From a virus (lineage: Duplodnaviria > Caudoviricetes), in the IMG/VR virus record IMGVR_UViG_3300031953_000088, positions 1-26,237 of that record: 26,237 nucleotides of DNA, one strand, 5' to 3'. The position numbers were made by a program, and so were the translations under genes. Every line of letters begins with the position of its first letter. Within the stretch, counting starts at the first letter, position 1. The notes under the pieces are model-generated. The model did no database searches. It was not told the origin of the DNA and saw only the letters and a program-made list of their open reading frames with translations. Positions 5,026-14,427 of this stretch are shown piece by piece.

Positions 5026-7541
5026 TGGACATAGATAATCTGACACAGAAGCAGATCGACGCACTGCCGGAGAGCGAGAAGGTCGAGCTGCTGAAGCTGC
5101 TTGAACAGCGTCAGTCCATGATTCAGCGGGAGGACGCACGGGAGCGGTTCATTCCGTTCGTTAACGCGATGTGGCCTCAGTTTATCGCGGGGCACCATCA
5201 CGAAATCATGGCTAATGCGTTCGAGCGCATCCAGGCAGGGAAACTTAAAAGGCTAATTATTAGCCTTCCACCACGTCACGCCCTTGCTGTGGATACGGAG
5301 GTACCGACGACTGCAGGCTTCAAGCGGATGGACGCTATCGAGCCCGGAGACTTTGTGTTCGGGCCGGACGGACAGCCTACCGAAGTCATGGGGTGCTCAG
5401 AAATATTCAAGTCTCGAGAAGTGTGGCGAGTCAGTACCAACGACGGCGCGTCAGTCGTCGCAGACGCAGACCACCTATGGAATGTTAGGTGTTGTCGCAA
5501 GTGGCCTGTGTACCACAACAAGACCACGGCCGCTCTGTGGAAGCGTCAGGAGGCAGGTGCACGGCCTGCTATGCTCCCAGACTACGCACCCATTCAATAT
5601 GCGGAGCGAGACCTGCTCGTACACCCCTACATGCTTGGCGTGTGGCTAGGGGACGGGCACAGTAAGCAAGCGATTATCACCAAGAACGATGAGGATGCGA
5701 AGCACATTCGTCCGCGGATTGAGTCTTTCGGATATAGAACTTCAGACCAAGCCACCGCTATGACGTTCGGCGTGCTTGAGTTGAAAGTGCGGCTCAGAGA
5801 GATCGGTGTCCTCGGAAACAAGCACATCCCTGATGGGTACCTGACGGCGTCAGAGTCGCAGCGCCGTGAGTTACTGTACGGTCTAATGGATACCGACGGC
5901 AATGTAACCAAGGCAGGGCAGTGTTTCTACAACACAAGCAGCCCTGTCCTGCGTGACCAGGCACTGTGCTTAATCCGATCGCTGGGCATTAAGGTATCAG
6001 TGGCTACCTGCCGGGCTGTATTCGAGGGAAGGGACTACGGGGAGCACTACCGCCTGTCGTTCTATACCATCGACTGCTGTACGTTGCCGAAGAAGAGAGA
6101 GCGTACCCGAGGATACATGAAGCCAGTGCGCCGCAACCTCAGGCTACAGCCCGCCGGTATCGCAGATACTCGGTGCATCAAAGTAGATCGAGAGGACGGA
6201 CTGTTCTTGGCAGGGCGGGGGTACATCGTAAATCACAACACGAAGTCCGAATTCAGTTCGTGGCTGTTGCCGGCGTGGTTTCTGGGGCACCGGCCCGATG
6301 CGAAAATACTACACGCCTCTCACACACAAGACCTGACCGCTAACTTTGGCCGTAAGATCCGAGATCTGGTGGACGACCGAGTGTACAAGGACATTTTCCC
6401 GGGCACCGTACTGAAGTCCGACGCCAAGTCATCGGGTAAGTGGCAGACAGCCGCCGGCGGCCAGTATTTCGCAGCAGGTGTAGGCGGCGCTCTCGCAGGC
6501 CGAGGCGCTGACCTTGCCATCATCGACGATCCGATCTCCGAGCAAGATACTACCGATGCGGCGTTCGATCAGTGCTGGGAGTGGTTCCAGTCCGGCCCAC
6601 GACAGCGGCTGCAGCCAGGCGGTGTCATTGTCATCATCATGACCCGATGGAGCAAAAAAGACCTTGTAGGCAAGCTCCTGACCCGCATGGCCAAAGACCC
6701 ACTGGCTGAGAAGTACGAGTACATTGAGTTCCCAGCACTGATTTACGAAAAAGGTTTCGAGGGTAACGACAAGTACATCATCGACTCACTGTGGCCGGAG
6801 TACTGGGATAAGGACGCCATGCTGGCGGTGAAGCGGGCGATCAGTCCGCACCTGTGGAATGCGCAGTACATGCAGCAGCCTACAGGGAAAGGCTCAACGA
6901 TTATTCGCAAGGATACTATCAAACGATGGCCCGCCGAGAGGCGGCTGCCGGCACCCGAGTTCCTGCTGCACTCCTACGACCCTGCGTTCGAGCAGAAGGA
7001 GTCCAGGGACCCCACCGGCTTCACCAAGTGGGCGGCGTTCCGACCTGTTGGTATTATCGAAGGGTTTCGCTACGACGGGTCCCGATTGCACTTCATCTGC
7101 TTGGGCGCGATGAAGAAGCGCATGGACTTCCCAGAGTTGAAACGTATGGCCATCGGTCAGTGGCGTGCCGACAAGCCGGACTGTGTTGTGATCGAGAAGC
7201 GGGCGTCAGGCCTGCCGCTCGTACAGGAGCTGTGGCGTGCCGGACTGTTCGTTGAGACGTTCACGCCCCACCGTGGCACCGGCGACAAGACCGCGCGGCT
7301 GAACTCTGTGTCGTCTATGTTCGAGGAGGGGCTGGTCTGGGTCCCCGAGGGGCCGCTCTGGGCCGACGAGTTGATTGAGGACATTGTTGGGTTCCCGAAC
7401 ATGGAGTTTGACGATCTGGTGGACTCGACCACGATGGCCCTGTTACGGTTCAAGCGCGGCAATCTGGTGGCCTTTAAGGACGACGAAGATGACGACGAAG
7501 ATGGCCAGCGTCGGCTACCGCGGCGTTACTATAACGTTTGA
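5025..7541 (+). CDS. terL: Terminase large subunit (intein-containing precursor; about 518 aa after splicing)
   Basis: Spliced Walker A is PPRH/TKS; also GRGADLAIIDDP Walker B, IMTRW, AQYMQQP, IEKRASG and DDLVDS nuclease motifs. GGAGG RBS and TGATG overlap with the upstream gene. Confidence 0.96.
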   Translation: MDIDNLTQKQIDALPESEKVELLKLLEQRQSMIQREDARERFIPFVNAMWPQFIAGHHHEIMANAFERIQAGKLKRLIISLPPRHALAVDTEVPTTAGFKRMDAIEPGDFVFGPDGQPTEVMGCSEIFKSREVWRVSTNDGASVVADADHLWNVRCCRKWPVYHNKTTAALWKRQEAGARPAMLPDYAPIQYAERDLLVHPYMLGVWLGDGHSKQAIITKNDEDAKHIRPRIESFGYRTSDQATAMTFGVLELKVRLREIGVLGNKHIPDGYLTASESQRRELLYGLMDTDGNVTKAGQCFYNTSSPVLRDQALCLIRSLGIKVSVATCRAVFEGRDYGEHYRLSFYTIDCCTLPKKRERTRGYMKPVRRNLRLQPAGIADTRCIKVDREDGLFLAGRGYIVNHNTKSEFSSWLLPAWFLGHRPDAKILHASHTQDLTANFGRKIRDLVDDRVYKDIFPGTVLKSDAKSSGKWQTAAGGQYFAAGVGGALAGRGADLAIIDDPISEQDTTDAAFDQCWEWFQSGPRQRLQPGGVIVIIMTRWSKKDLVGKLLTRMAKDPLAEKYEYIEFPALIYEKGFEGNDKYIIDSLWPEYWDKDAMLAVKRAISPHLWNAQYMQQPTGKGSTIIRKDTIKRWPAERRLPAPEFLLHSYDPAFEQKESRDPTGFTKWAAFRPVGIIEGFRYDGSRLHFICLGAMKKRMDFPELKRMAIGQWRADKPDCVVIEKRASGLPLVQELWRAGLFVETFTPHRGTGDKTARLNSVSSMFEEGLVWVPEGPLWADELIEDIVGFPNMEFDDLVDSTTMALLRFKRGNLVAFKDDEDDDEDGQRRLPRRYYNV
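5280..6239 (+). mobile_element. 320-aa intein with LAGLIDADG homing endonuclease, class 3-like (Ala1)
   Basis: Block A ALAVDTEVPT, block B ADADHLW, DOD motifs LGVWLGDG and LLYGLMDTDG, block F TRCIKVD, terminal HN followed by Thr+1. Confidence 0.95.
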
Positions 7542-7585
7542 ATGCGGTATCATACATTAAATATTCCTGCAAATTGAGGCCCATT

Positions 7586-10063
7586 ATGGCGGTTGACAAC
7601 ATCCGGGACATCTCATCCACGCGGCGCATCGTGTCGCCGGAAGACGACGGCCGTACGCCGGACATGGACCTGGATGCGATCGAAGGCGACGTAGAAATCA
7701 CGCTCGACGCAGAAGGCAGCGACCTGATGGGTGAAGACCCTGAAGACCTGCCACCTGAGATCCTACACGACGCCAACCTCGCCGAGATCATCGCAGAGGA
7801 AGACCCGGACCTGCTGGCCGAGTTCGGCCGTAAGCTGCTGGACCTTGTCGATGCAGACAAAGAAAGCCGGTCGGAGTGGGAGGACGTGTTCAAAGACGGC
7901 CTCAAACTCATGGGCATTCAGGGCAGCAAGTCGGGCGATCTGAGTTCTAGCGATCGCGATGAGATCTTCGAAGGCGCCAGTGACCTGTTCCACCCGCTCA
8001 TCACCGAGGCGTGCATTCAGTTCCAGTCCGAAGCGCTCAAGGCCATGCTACCTCCCAAGGGGCCTGTGGCCACCAACGTGATTGGGGACGAGACCCCCGA
8101 GAAGCTGGACCAGGCACGTCGTGTCAGTGGGTTCATGAATTACCTGGTGACGGACGACATTAAAGGCTACTTCGAAGAGCACGACAAGATGCTGGCCTAC
8201 TTGGGTAAGTCAGGGTCCGCGTTCAAGAAGGTCTACTTCAACCGCACCTCGGACAAGATCTGTGTGACGTACCTGCCTGCCGAGCAGGTCATCGTGCCGT
8301 ACAACGCCAAGTCCATGGCCGACGCGGCGCGTATTTCGCACATCGAGGACGATCTGTCGGCGGACGACATGGCGCACCGCATGGCTAACGGGTTGTACCG
8401 TGACGTGGAGATTACGCCGGCATCCGAGACGCAGGACGCGGTAGAGGAGACGTTGGCCGCACAGCAGGGGCGCAGTCAGACCGAGTTGGCGGACCAAGAC
8501 TCGTACCGAGTCTACGAAATCCACGTCGGCACAGTGATTCCGAGCTTTGAAGAAGACCGCGGCGGGCTGTCAGCGCCGTACATCGTCCATATCGAAGCGG
8601 AGTCCGGCACTGTACTGGGCATTTACCGTAATTGGCGAGAACAGGACCCGATCTATGACCGTCGAGACCACTTCGTCCACTACCCGCTCGTGCAGTCTGA
8701 CGGGTTCTACGGGTACGGCTTCATACACCTTTTGGGGCAGCTGGCCAAAGCATCGTCGTCGACCCTACGTCAACTTCTCGACGCCGGTACGCTTTCTAAC
8801 CTTCAAGGTGGCTTCAAACGCAAAGGCACACGCATAGCGAAAGACGGTGAACCGTTCACCCCCGGCGAGTATCGGGATGTGGAGGTTTTTGGAGACCGGA
8901 TCAGCGACAGCATCATGCAGCTGAATTTCAAAGAGCCCTCGAACGTACTGTTCCAATTGATGGGGTTCTTGGTCGACGCCGGACGACGGATGGTCTCTCT
9001 GACCGACCTGAACGTAGGCGACGGCAACCAGGAGGCGGCGGTCGGCACCACCATCGCTATGTTGGAACGCGGCATGAACGTCATGTCTGCGGTTCACATG
9101 CGCCTGTGCCGTGCCCAGAAAGAAGAGTTCAAGATTATTGCACGGCTGTGCAAGGATCACCTGCCCGAGCAGTATCCATACGATGTCCCGGGCCAGACCC
9201 GCGAAGTGTTCGTAAAGGATTTCGACGATCGGGTGGACGTAGTCCCTGTCTGTGACCCGCGCCAGTTCTCCCAGGCGCAGCGCATGGCAAGGGCACAGGC
9301 CAAGCTACAGCTGGCACAGCAGTTCCCGAACATCCTCAATCAGCGCGAGGCCGCACGTGACATGCTGCGGGAGATTGACGATTCGAATGTTGACCGGTTG
9401 ATACCTCCCGAGGAGGAGGCCACGCCGATCGATCCGATGAAGGAGAATATGGAAGCGCTGCTTGGAAGGCCGTTGAAGGCGTTCATCGAGCAGAGTCACG
9501 ACGCTCACATTGCCGCTCACCGGTCACACATGGAGAATCCAGAGTACCAGGATCAGGGCCAGATGGCGCAGTCACTCAGGGCGCACATCCAAGAGCATAT
9601 GGCCTTTAAATACCAGGTCCAGATGATGCAAGCTATGGGCGTAACAGATCCGAAGCAAATGGCTGAGATTCCGCCAGAGCAGATCGCCATGATGGCTGCA
9701 CAGGCAACCCAGCAGATCACAGGTCAGGCACAAGCGATGGCCGAGGCCGAGGCGCGGTCGCAAGAGCCTACGATCGAGCAACAGGCGCTCCTGCAGGAGC
9801 AGCAGAACAATCAGTCCGAGACACAGCGTAAGGCCGCTAAGGACCAGATGGATCACCTCATCGCTCGCTTGAATCTTACTCAGGATCAGCAAATCGAGGT
9901 TGCGAAGCTTATGCAGAAGGATCGGGATACAACGATGGATACCGCGGCGAAGGTCTACAAGGACCAGCAGGACGGATTGATGAGCCTCATCCAGATGATC
10001 CAGAGTAAGCAGCAACAGGAACAGGCGCGGGATCAAAATACACAGCTGCTTCCTCGGCAGTAG
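7586..10063 (+). CDS. Portal protein with Gln/Met-rich C-terminal extension
   Basis: Follows TerL; 825 aa. Motifs GSAFKKVYF, GFYGYGFIHL, LRQLLDAGTLSNL and VGTTIAMLE. GAGG RBS precedes ATG 7586. Confidence 0.93.
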   Translation: MAVDNIRDISSTRRIVSPEDDGRTPDMDLDAIEGDVEITLDAEGSDLMGEDPEDLPPEILHDANLAEIIAEEDPDLLAEFGRKLLDLVDADKESRSEWEDVFKDGLKLMGIQGSKSGDLSSSDRDEIFEGASDLFHPLITEACIQFQSEALKAMLPPKGPVATNVIGDETPEKLDQARRVSGFMNYLVTDDIKGYFEEHDKMLAYLGKSGSAFKKVYFNRTSDKICVTYLPAEQVIVPYNAKSMADAARISHIEDDLSADDMAHRMANGLYRDVEITPASETQDAVEETLAAQQGRSQTELADQDSYRVYEIHVGTVIPSFEEDRGGLSAPYIVHIEAESGTVLGIYRNWREQDPIYDRRDHFVHYPLVQSDGFYGYGFIHLLGQLAKASSSTLRQLLDAGTLSNLQGGFKRKGTRIAKDGEPFTPGEYRDVEVFGDRISDSIMQLNFKEPSNVLFQLMGFLVDAGRRMVSLTDLNVGDGNQEAAVGTTIAMLERGMNVMSAVHMRLCRAQKEEFKIIARLCKDHLPEQYPYDVPGQTREVFVKDFDDRVDVVPVCDPRQFSQAQRMARAQAKLQLAQQFPNILNQREAARDMLREIDDSNVDRLIPPEEEATPIDPMKENMEALLGRPLKAFIEQSHDAHIAAHRSHMENPEYQDQGQMAQSLRAHIQEHMAFKYQVQMMQAMGVTDPKQMAEIPPEQIAMMAAQATQQITGQAQAMAEAEARSQEPTIEQQALLQEQQNNQSETQRKAAKDQMDHLIARLNLTQDQQIEVAKLMQKDRDTTMDTAAKVYKDQQDGLMSLIQMIQSKQQQEQARDQNTQLLPRQ

Positions 10064-10103
10064 TGTGTACGACTGCACTTTAAGTATGGTATAAAGTGAA
10101 CCT

Positions 10104-10310
10104 ATGGATACAACGCAGTTCTACGACAAAGTTAATCGACTCTTCAAAGACCGCCTCGAGCGGCTCGATGAAGCGTTGCTCAGCGGAACGCCTACCACGT
10201 TGGAGGGCTACAAGGCCCACGTGGAGGCGCGTCGTGAACTGCGGAGTGCCCATGACGATGTAAAGGAAATCTACAGTCGCGCAACAAATGAGGATGACGA
10301 TGACGATTAA
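10104..10310 (+). CDS. Small hypothetical protein between portal and GroES
   Basis: 68-aa helical ORF with an acidic tail, in a position typical of this phage group. Confidence 0.7.
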   Translation: MDTTQFYDKVNRLFKDRLERLDEALLSGTPTTLEGYKAHVEARRELRSAHDDVKEIYSRATNEDDDDD

Positions 10311-10782
10311 AATCCCACCGTTCGTTGATAATTCGAACGTCTTTCGCAAGTCTCAACCCCCGAAAGACTCGAAACCTGTCAGCGCAGAGGCTCCGAAGGA
10401 GTCGCTAGTAACGAAATACGACCATGACTCGATCATGGAACACCGGGAGGAAGTCCCCCAGGTGCAAGGATTCAGGGTTCTTCTGATCCCTGTGGGTCAC
10501 AAAGAGATGACCAAAGGAGGTATTCTCCTACCGGACGAAGTCCGCAACAAGCAAATGAATCACGCTCAGATATTCCGCGTTGTCGGCATGGGCCCTGCGG
10601 CCTATAAAGACGAAGCCCGGTTTCCGGACGGACCCTATTGTGAGATTGGTGATTACGTGTTCATCGGACGGTATGCAGGGACCCGCATAACCACCATGTA
10701 TTGTGATGACCTCCGCGTCTTGAACGACGATGAGATCATGGCACGCGTTCCCGATGTAGACAGCACGCTAGATATCATATAA
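10300..10782 (+). CDS. groES: GroES/Cpn10-like co-chaperonin
   Basis: GFRVLLIP...TKGGILLPD mobile loop, VVGMGP, GDYVFIGRYAG, LRVLNDDEIMA. Start could be 10288, 10294 or 10300. Confidence 0.9.
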   Translation: MTIKIPPFVDNSNVFRKSQPPKDSKPVSAEAPKESLVTKYDHDSIMEHREEVPQVQGFRVLLIPVGHKEMTKGGILLPDEVRNKQMNHAQIFRVVGMGPAAYKDEARFPDGPYCEIGDYVFIGRYAGTRITTMYCDDLRVLNDDEIMARVPDVDSTLDII

Positions 10783-10793
10783 GGAGCCTAACC

Positions 10794-11867
10794 ATGGCAG
10801 ATGAGCAAGAGTACGAAGTAGAGATCGTTGATGATCAGTCCGCCTACGTGGATGACTCAGCGCAGGAGGATACAGCCTCTCCGGAGGGTAAAGCAACCGA
10901 GCAGGCGCAAGCCGAGCAGGACTCGGGGGCTCAGCCGCTCTCCGGGAAGCAACGACGCAGTAAGCTTAAAGAACGTATTGACGAGCTGACGCGCAAGTAC
11001 CGCGACGAAGAGCGAAACCGGTACACTATCGAACGCGAGCGTGACGATGAACGTGAGCAGTTCCAACAGCATCAACGCTCGTTCCAGCAGGAGCAGGAGA
11101 ACTCTGCCCGAATCGTCTTCTCAACGCTGAAGGACAACAAGCAGCTTCTGGAGTCTCACTTGGAGACCGCCCGTAACAAGGGGGACACCAAGACCGAAAA
11201 CCAGATACAGGACAAGCTGACCGAAGTGCGCGAGAGCATGGGTCGGCTGAAGCAGTACTACCCGCGGGCGGAGTCCGGCGATGCCCAGGGGGAGCAGGCC
11301 CAAGGTACAGGCCGCATGCAACCGCAAGGGCAGCCACGAACGGCCCAGACACAAGAGCCAGCCACTCAGCAACCTCAACAGCCAAAAATCCCTGACGCCG
11401 CCAAGCAATGGATCGACAGCAATAGCTGGTTGAAGGAACGCGCAGACCTGCACGCAACCATCAACGCTTTCGACGCCGCGCTGAAAGCCCAAGGTAAGGA
11501 CCCGGCAACGCCTGAGTTCTACGTGGAGCTGACTAAGAAGCTCAAGTCAGAACTGCCCGACGACCTCGGCAAGAAGCTGGCATCGGCGGACAACGACGAC
11601 CTCGACGACCTTCTCGGTCCAGATGACGACGATGAGGATGACGACGACCAGCCGGACGCGGCAGCCCAGGCTCGCAAGGAACAGCGCCCCGCGAACAGCG
11701 GTGTCTCCGAGGGAGGACGAGCGGCCCCCCGCGGGACCGGCAAGCGTAAGGTTAAGCTGAGTCGCGATGAGCAGGCAATGGCACAGCGCCTTGGCATCAG
11801 CAACGAAGCCTATGCCAAGCAGAAAGTGCGCAGCGAGTCCAACACCGGCTACCAATACATTGATTGA
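10794..11867 (+). CDS. Probable capsid scaffolding protein
   Basis: Acidic, coiled-coil, ends in VKLSRDEQAMAQRLGISNEAYAKQK. Lies between portal and capsid; AAGGAG RBS. Confidence 0.75.
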   Translation: MADEQEYEVEIVDDQSAYVDDSAQEDTASPEGKATEQAQAEQDSGAQPLSGKQRRSKLKERIDELTRKYRDEERNRYTIERERDDEREQFQQHQRSFQQEQENSARIVFSTLKDNKQLLESHLETARNKGDTKTENQIQDKLTEVRESMGRLKQYYPRAESGDAQGEQAQGTGRMQPQGQPRTAQTQEPATQQPQQPKIPDAAKQWIDSNSWLKERADLHATINAFDAALKAQGKDPATPEFYVELTKKLKSELPDDLGKKLASADNDDLDDLLGPDDDDEDDDDQPDAAAQARKEQRPANSGVSEGGRAAPRGTGKRKVKLSRDEQAMAQRLGISNEAYAKQKVRSESNTGYQYID

Positions 11868-11875
11868 GGCACACC

Positions 11876-12325
11876 ATGGCTGAGCAAACAAGAGCCTCGC
11901 GTACAGCGAGCACACGTGAAGATACTACCCGGTCCAAAGAGTGGATGCCGCCGAATAAGCGGACATCGGTTGAGCACGGGGACGACTACATTATGCGGTG
12001 GTTGCGCGTTGAGTATGGCGGGCAGACCGACCACAAAAACATGGAAGACAAGATGGCCGAAGGGTACGAACTCGTACGCCCAGACGACCCCGCTGTAGCG
12101 GAGAAAGTTGCCAGGGGGGAGCTGAAGGTGAAGGATGGGAGAATATGCCGAGGCGGACTGGTCTTGGCCAAGCTGGGCCGGGAACTTGCGGATCAACGCA
12201 ATGCCCATTACAATAAGGAAGCACAGTTACACCAGCAGAGCGTTGATCAAGCCCTGGAGAACAAACGCCACCGATCCATGCCGCTAGATTCCGATCTGAA
12301 GCGGTCCACTGGACGCGAAGGGTAG
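11876..12325 (+). CDS. Conserved hypothetical head-module protein
   Basis: GAGG RBS. Motifs WMPP, RWLR, EGYELVR, GGLVLAK and RNAHY. Confidence 0.75.
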   Translation: MAEQTRASRTASTREDTTRSKEWMPPNKRTSVEHGDDYIMRWLRVEYGGQTDHKNMEDKMAEGYELVRPDDPAVAEKVARGELKVKDGRICRGGLVLAKLGRELADQRNAHYNKEAQLHQQSVDQALENKRHRSMPLDSDLKRSTGREG

Positions 12326-12373
12326 AACGCCACTTGCTGCGAACCATGACACAGATACGTGAGGCAATAAACC

Positions 12374-12892
12374 ATGGCTAACGTCAATAACCCGTTTGGG
12401 TTCATCGCGGCGAGCCACCTTAACGGTGGCGACAGCTTCCTGACTCAGACTATGCGCCTCGCCAGCGGGTATGCAACGACCATTTATAATGGTGACCCGG
12501 TGAAACTGGTGAGCGGCAAGATCCAGCGTTGTGGCGCTACCGACGCCCCTGTAGGCATCTTTGTAGGTGTGAAGTACACCGACGCAAAGGGCGAAGTGCA
12601 GTACGAAAACACTTGGGAGGCGAGTACCGCGACCAAGGGTGCTGTTGACGCCGATGCGCGTGTAATCACCGACAAGCAGGTGTTGTGGGAGGCCCAGTTT
12701 ACTGGCACCCCGACCGTGGCAAGCATCGGTAGTTCCTTCACCATCACCACCACTGCCGGCGCTGTCGACGGGCGGTCGAAGATCGGTGTAACAACCACTA
12801 CTACGAGTGGCATCGTCAAGCTGCATGACTTCGTTAAGGACTCTGAAAATGAGATCGGCGAGTTTGCACGTGGCCTGTTCCTGCTCAACTAA
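12374..12892 (+). CDS. Putative capsid decoration/cement protein
   Basis: MANVNNPFGF...IYNGDPV...GIFVGVKYTD; beta-rich and directly upstream of the major capsid gene. Confidence 0.7.
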   Translation: MANVNNPFGFIAASHLNGGDSFLTQTMRLASGYATTIYNGDPVKLVSGKIQRCGATDAPVGIFVGVKYTDAKGEVQYENTWEASTATKGAVDADARVITDKQVLWEAQFTGTPTVASIGSSFTITTTAGAVDGRSKIGVTTTTTSGIVKLHDFVKDSENEIGEFARGLFLLN

Positions 12893-12914
12893 GACCTGGT
12901 AAGGAGAACACACC

Positions 12915-13829
12915 ATGGCTATCAACCGCAGTCAACTGCGCAAGCACCTGGAGCCGGGTCTTAACGCAATCTTTGGCACCGAGTATAAGCAGTATTCCGA
13001 CGAAGGCCGTATGGTCTACGACATGGAAAACTCAAACCGTGCCTTTGAAGAAGAGCAGATGACCACTGGCTTCGCCAATGCACATCAGAAGGCCGAGGGC
13101 GATTCCGTCCGTTTCGACACTGCGCAGGAGACTTACACTGCACGGTTCGACCACCTGACCTACGCACTGGCGTTCGAGATCACCGAAGAGGCGATCGAAG
13201 ACAACCTGTACGAGTCACTGTCCCGGCGTTACACGCGGGCGCTGGCACGTTCCATGGCACACACCAAGAACATCGAGTCCGCTCGTCTGTTCAACTTTGC
13301 GTTCTCCGCTGGCGTTGATGCCATCGGTGACGGTAAGTCGATGTGCGCTACCGACCACCCGACACTGACCGGCGGCGACCAGTCCAACCGCTTCGCTGTT
13401 GGCGCTGACCTGAACGAGACCTCGCTGGAAGAAGCGATTATCAACATTCAGGATCTGCGCGATGAGCGTGGGCTGAAGATTGCTGCTAACGCGGTACGTC
13501 TGGTCATTCCGAACGACCTGATGTTCGTAGCACATCGTATCCTGGCTTCCAACCAGCGGTCCGGCACTGCGGATAACGACGCTAACGCCCTCAAGGACAT
13601 GGGCATTTTCGCCCAAGATCCTGCGGTAATGAACTTCTTGACCGACCCGGACGCCTGGTTTATCAAAACCGACGTTCCGAACGGCGTGAAGCGCTTTAAC
13701 CGGGTGCGTCTGTCTACCAAGATGGACGAGGACTTCAACACGGGTAACCTCCGTTACAAGTGCCGTGAGCGTTACAGCCACGGTGTGAGTGACTGGCGTG
13801 CCGTGTACGGTTCGCCTGGCGCTGCCTAA
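12915..13829 (+). CDS. Major capsid protein
   Basis: MAINRSQLRKHLEPGLNAIFG, ALAFEITEEAIEDNLY, FLTDPDAWF, RYKCRERYS...DWR. Strong RBS and a downstream terminator. Confidence 0.93.
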   Translation: MAINRSQLRKHLEPGLNAIFGTEYKQYSDEGRMVYDMENSNRAFEEEQMTTGFANAHQKAEGDSVRFDTAQETYTARFDHLTYALAFEITEEAIEDNLYESLSRRYTRALARSMAHTKNIESARLFNFAFSAGVDAIGDGKSMCATDHPTLTGGDQSNRFAVGADLNETSLEEAIINIQDLRDERGLKIAANAVRLVIPNDLMFVAHRILASNQRSGTADNDANALKDMGIFAQDPAVMNFLTDPDAWFIKTDVPNGVKRFNRVRLSTKMDEDFNTGNLRYKCRERYSHGVSDWRAVYGSPGAA

Positions 13830-13842
13830 CGGCTAGCGCGTG

Positions 13843-13872
13843 CAAAAGCCCTGGCCTGTGTCGGGGCTTTTG
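13843..13872 (+). terminator. Intrinsic (likely bidirectional) terminator after the major capsid gene
   Basis: CAAAAGCCCTGGC-ctgt-GTCGGGGCTTTTG. Confidence 0.88.
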
Positions 13873-13884
13873 TGTATATGGCCC

Positions 13885-13895
13885 TGTGGTATACT
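13885..13895 (+). promoter_or_regulatory. Extended -10 promoter restarting transcription after the capsid terminator
   Basis: TGTG-G-TATACT, 35 nt before ATG 13931. Confidence 0.55.
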
Positions 13896-13930
13896 GCAAA
13901 GGGCGACCTACGTACATTTTGGAGAACACC

Positions 13931-14380
13931 ATGACTACTCATCTCTCAGGTCCGGTAAAGTCCGGCCCGAATGTTCCTACAGGCGAGGTGTCTGCACAAG
14001 GCAACACCGTACTGGTGCAGGAGTACACCCTCGACCCGACCGCCGTTACCTCGGGTGTAGGCGTGGCGGCGTTTCGCATGCCCAAGGGAAGCACCTTGGT
14101 GGATGCTCAGGTCGCGGTCGTCACTGCGTCTGACTCCGCTACTTCTGCGGCTATTAAGATCACCGACGGTACCAGCGACATTGTGACCGGCTTCAACGCG
14201 AAGTCTGCCGCTAACAGTCTTTTGTCAGTGACCGGCGGAGGCGGGACCGTGGCGAGCATGGCACTGTTCCTAGCACCCGCAGCCAGTGCCGACACCAACC
14301 TAGAAGTGGTCTACACCGAAGTAGGTGCGGCCACCGCGGGTGCGCTTGTCGTTCGAGTGCTGTACCTGCAAGGCGAGTAA
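13931..14380 (+). CDS. Putative virion structural (head decoration) protein
   Basis: GGAG RBS. The MTTHLSGPVKS N-terminus is typical of post-capsid genes; the protein is beta-rich. Confidence 0.7.
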   Translation: MTTHLSGPVKSGPNVPTGEVSAQGNTVLVQEYTLDPTAVTSGVGVAAFRMPKGSTLVDAQVAVVTASDSATSAAIKITDGTSDIVTGFNAKSAANSLLSVTGGGGTVASMALFLAPAASADTNLEVVYTEVGAATAGALVVRVLYLQGE

Positions 14381-14385
14381 AACGT

Positions 14386-14401
14386 GCGGGCTTCGGCCCG
14401 C
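14386..14401 (+). other. cUUCGg tetraloop hairpin without a U-tract
   Basis: GCGGGC-TTCG-GCCCGC in the intergenic space. Confidence 0.7.
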
Positions 14402-14427
14402 CAGTCCCGTTCAGAGCGAGAGGCACC

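Noticed and set aside
12284-13781. Long minus-strand ORFs opposite the capsid genes (also 9572..10078, 19255..19908, 25351..25971)
   Set aside because: These are antisense shadows of GC-rich coding genes, with no recognisable motifs or RBS.
13827-14133. Capsid read-through or frameshift extension into ORF 13840..14133
   Set aside because: The capsid gene ends in TAA followed by a strong terminator, with no slippery sequence. The next gene has its own promoter and RBS.
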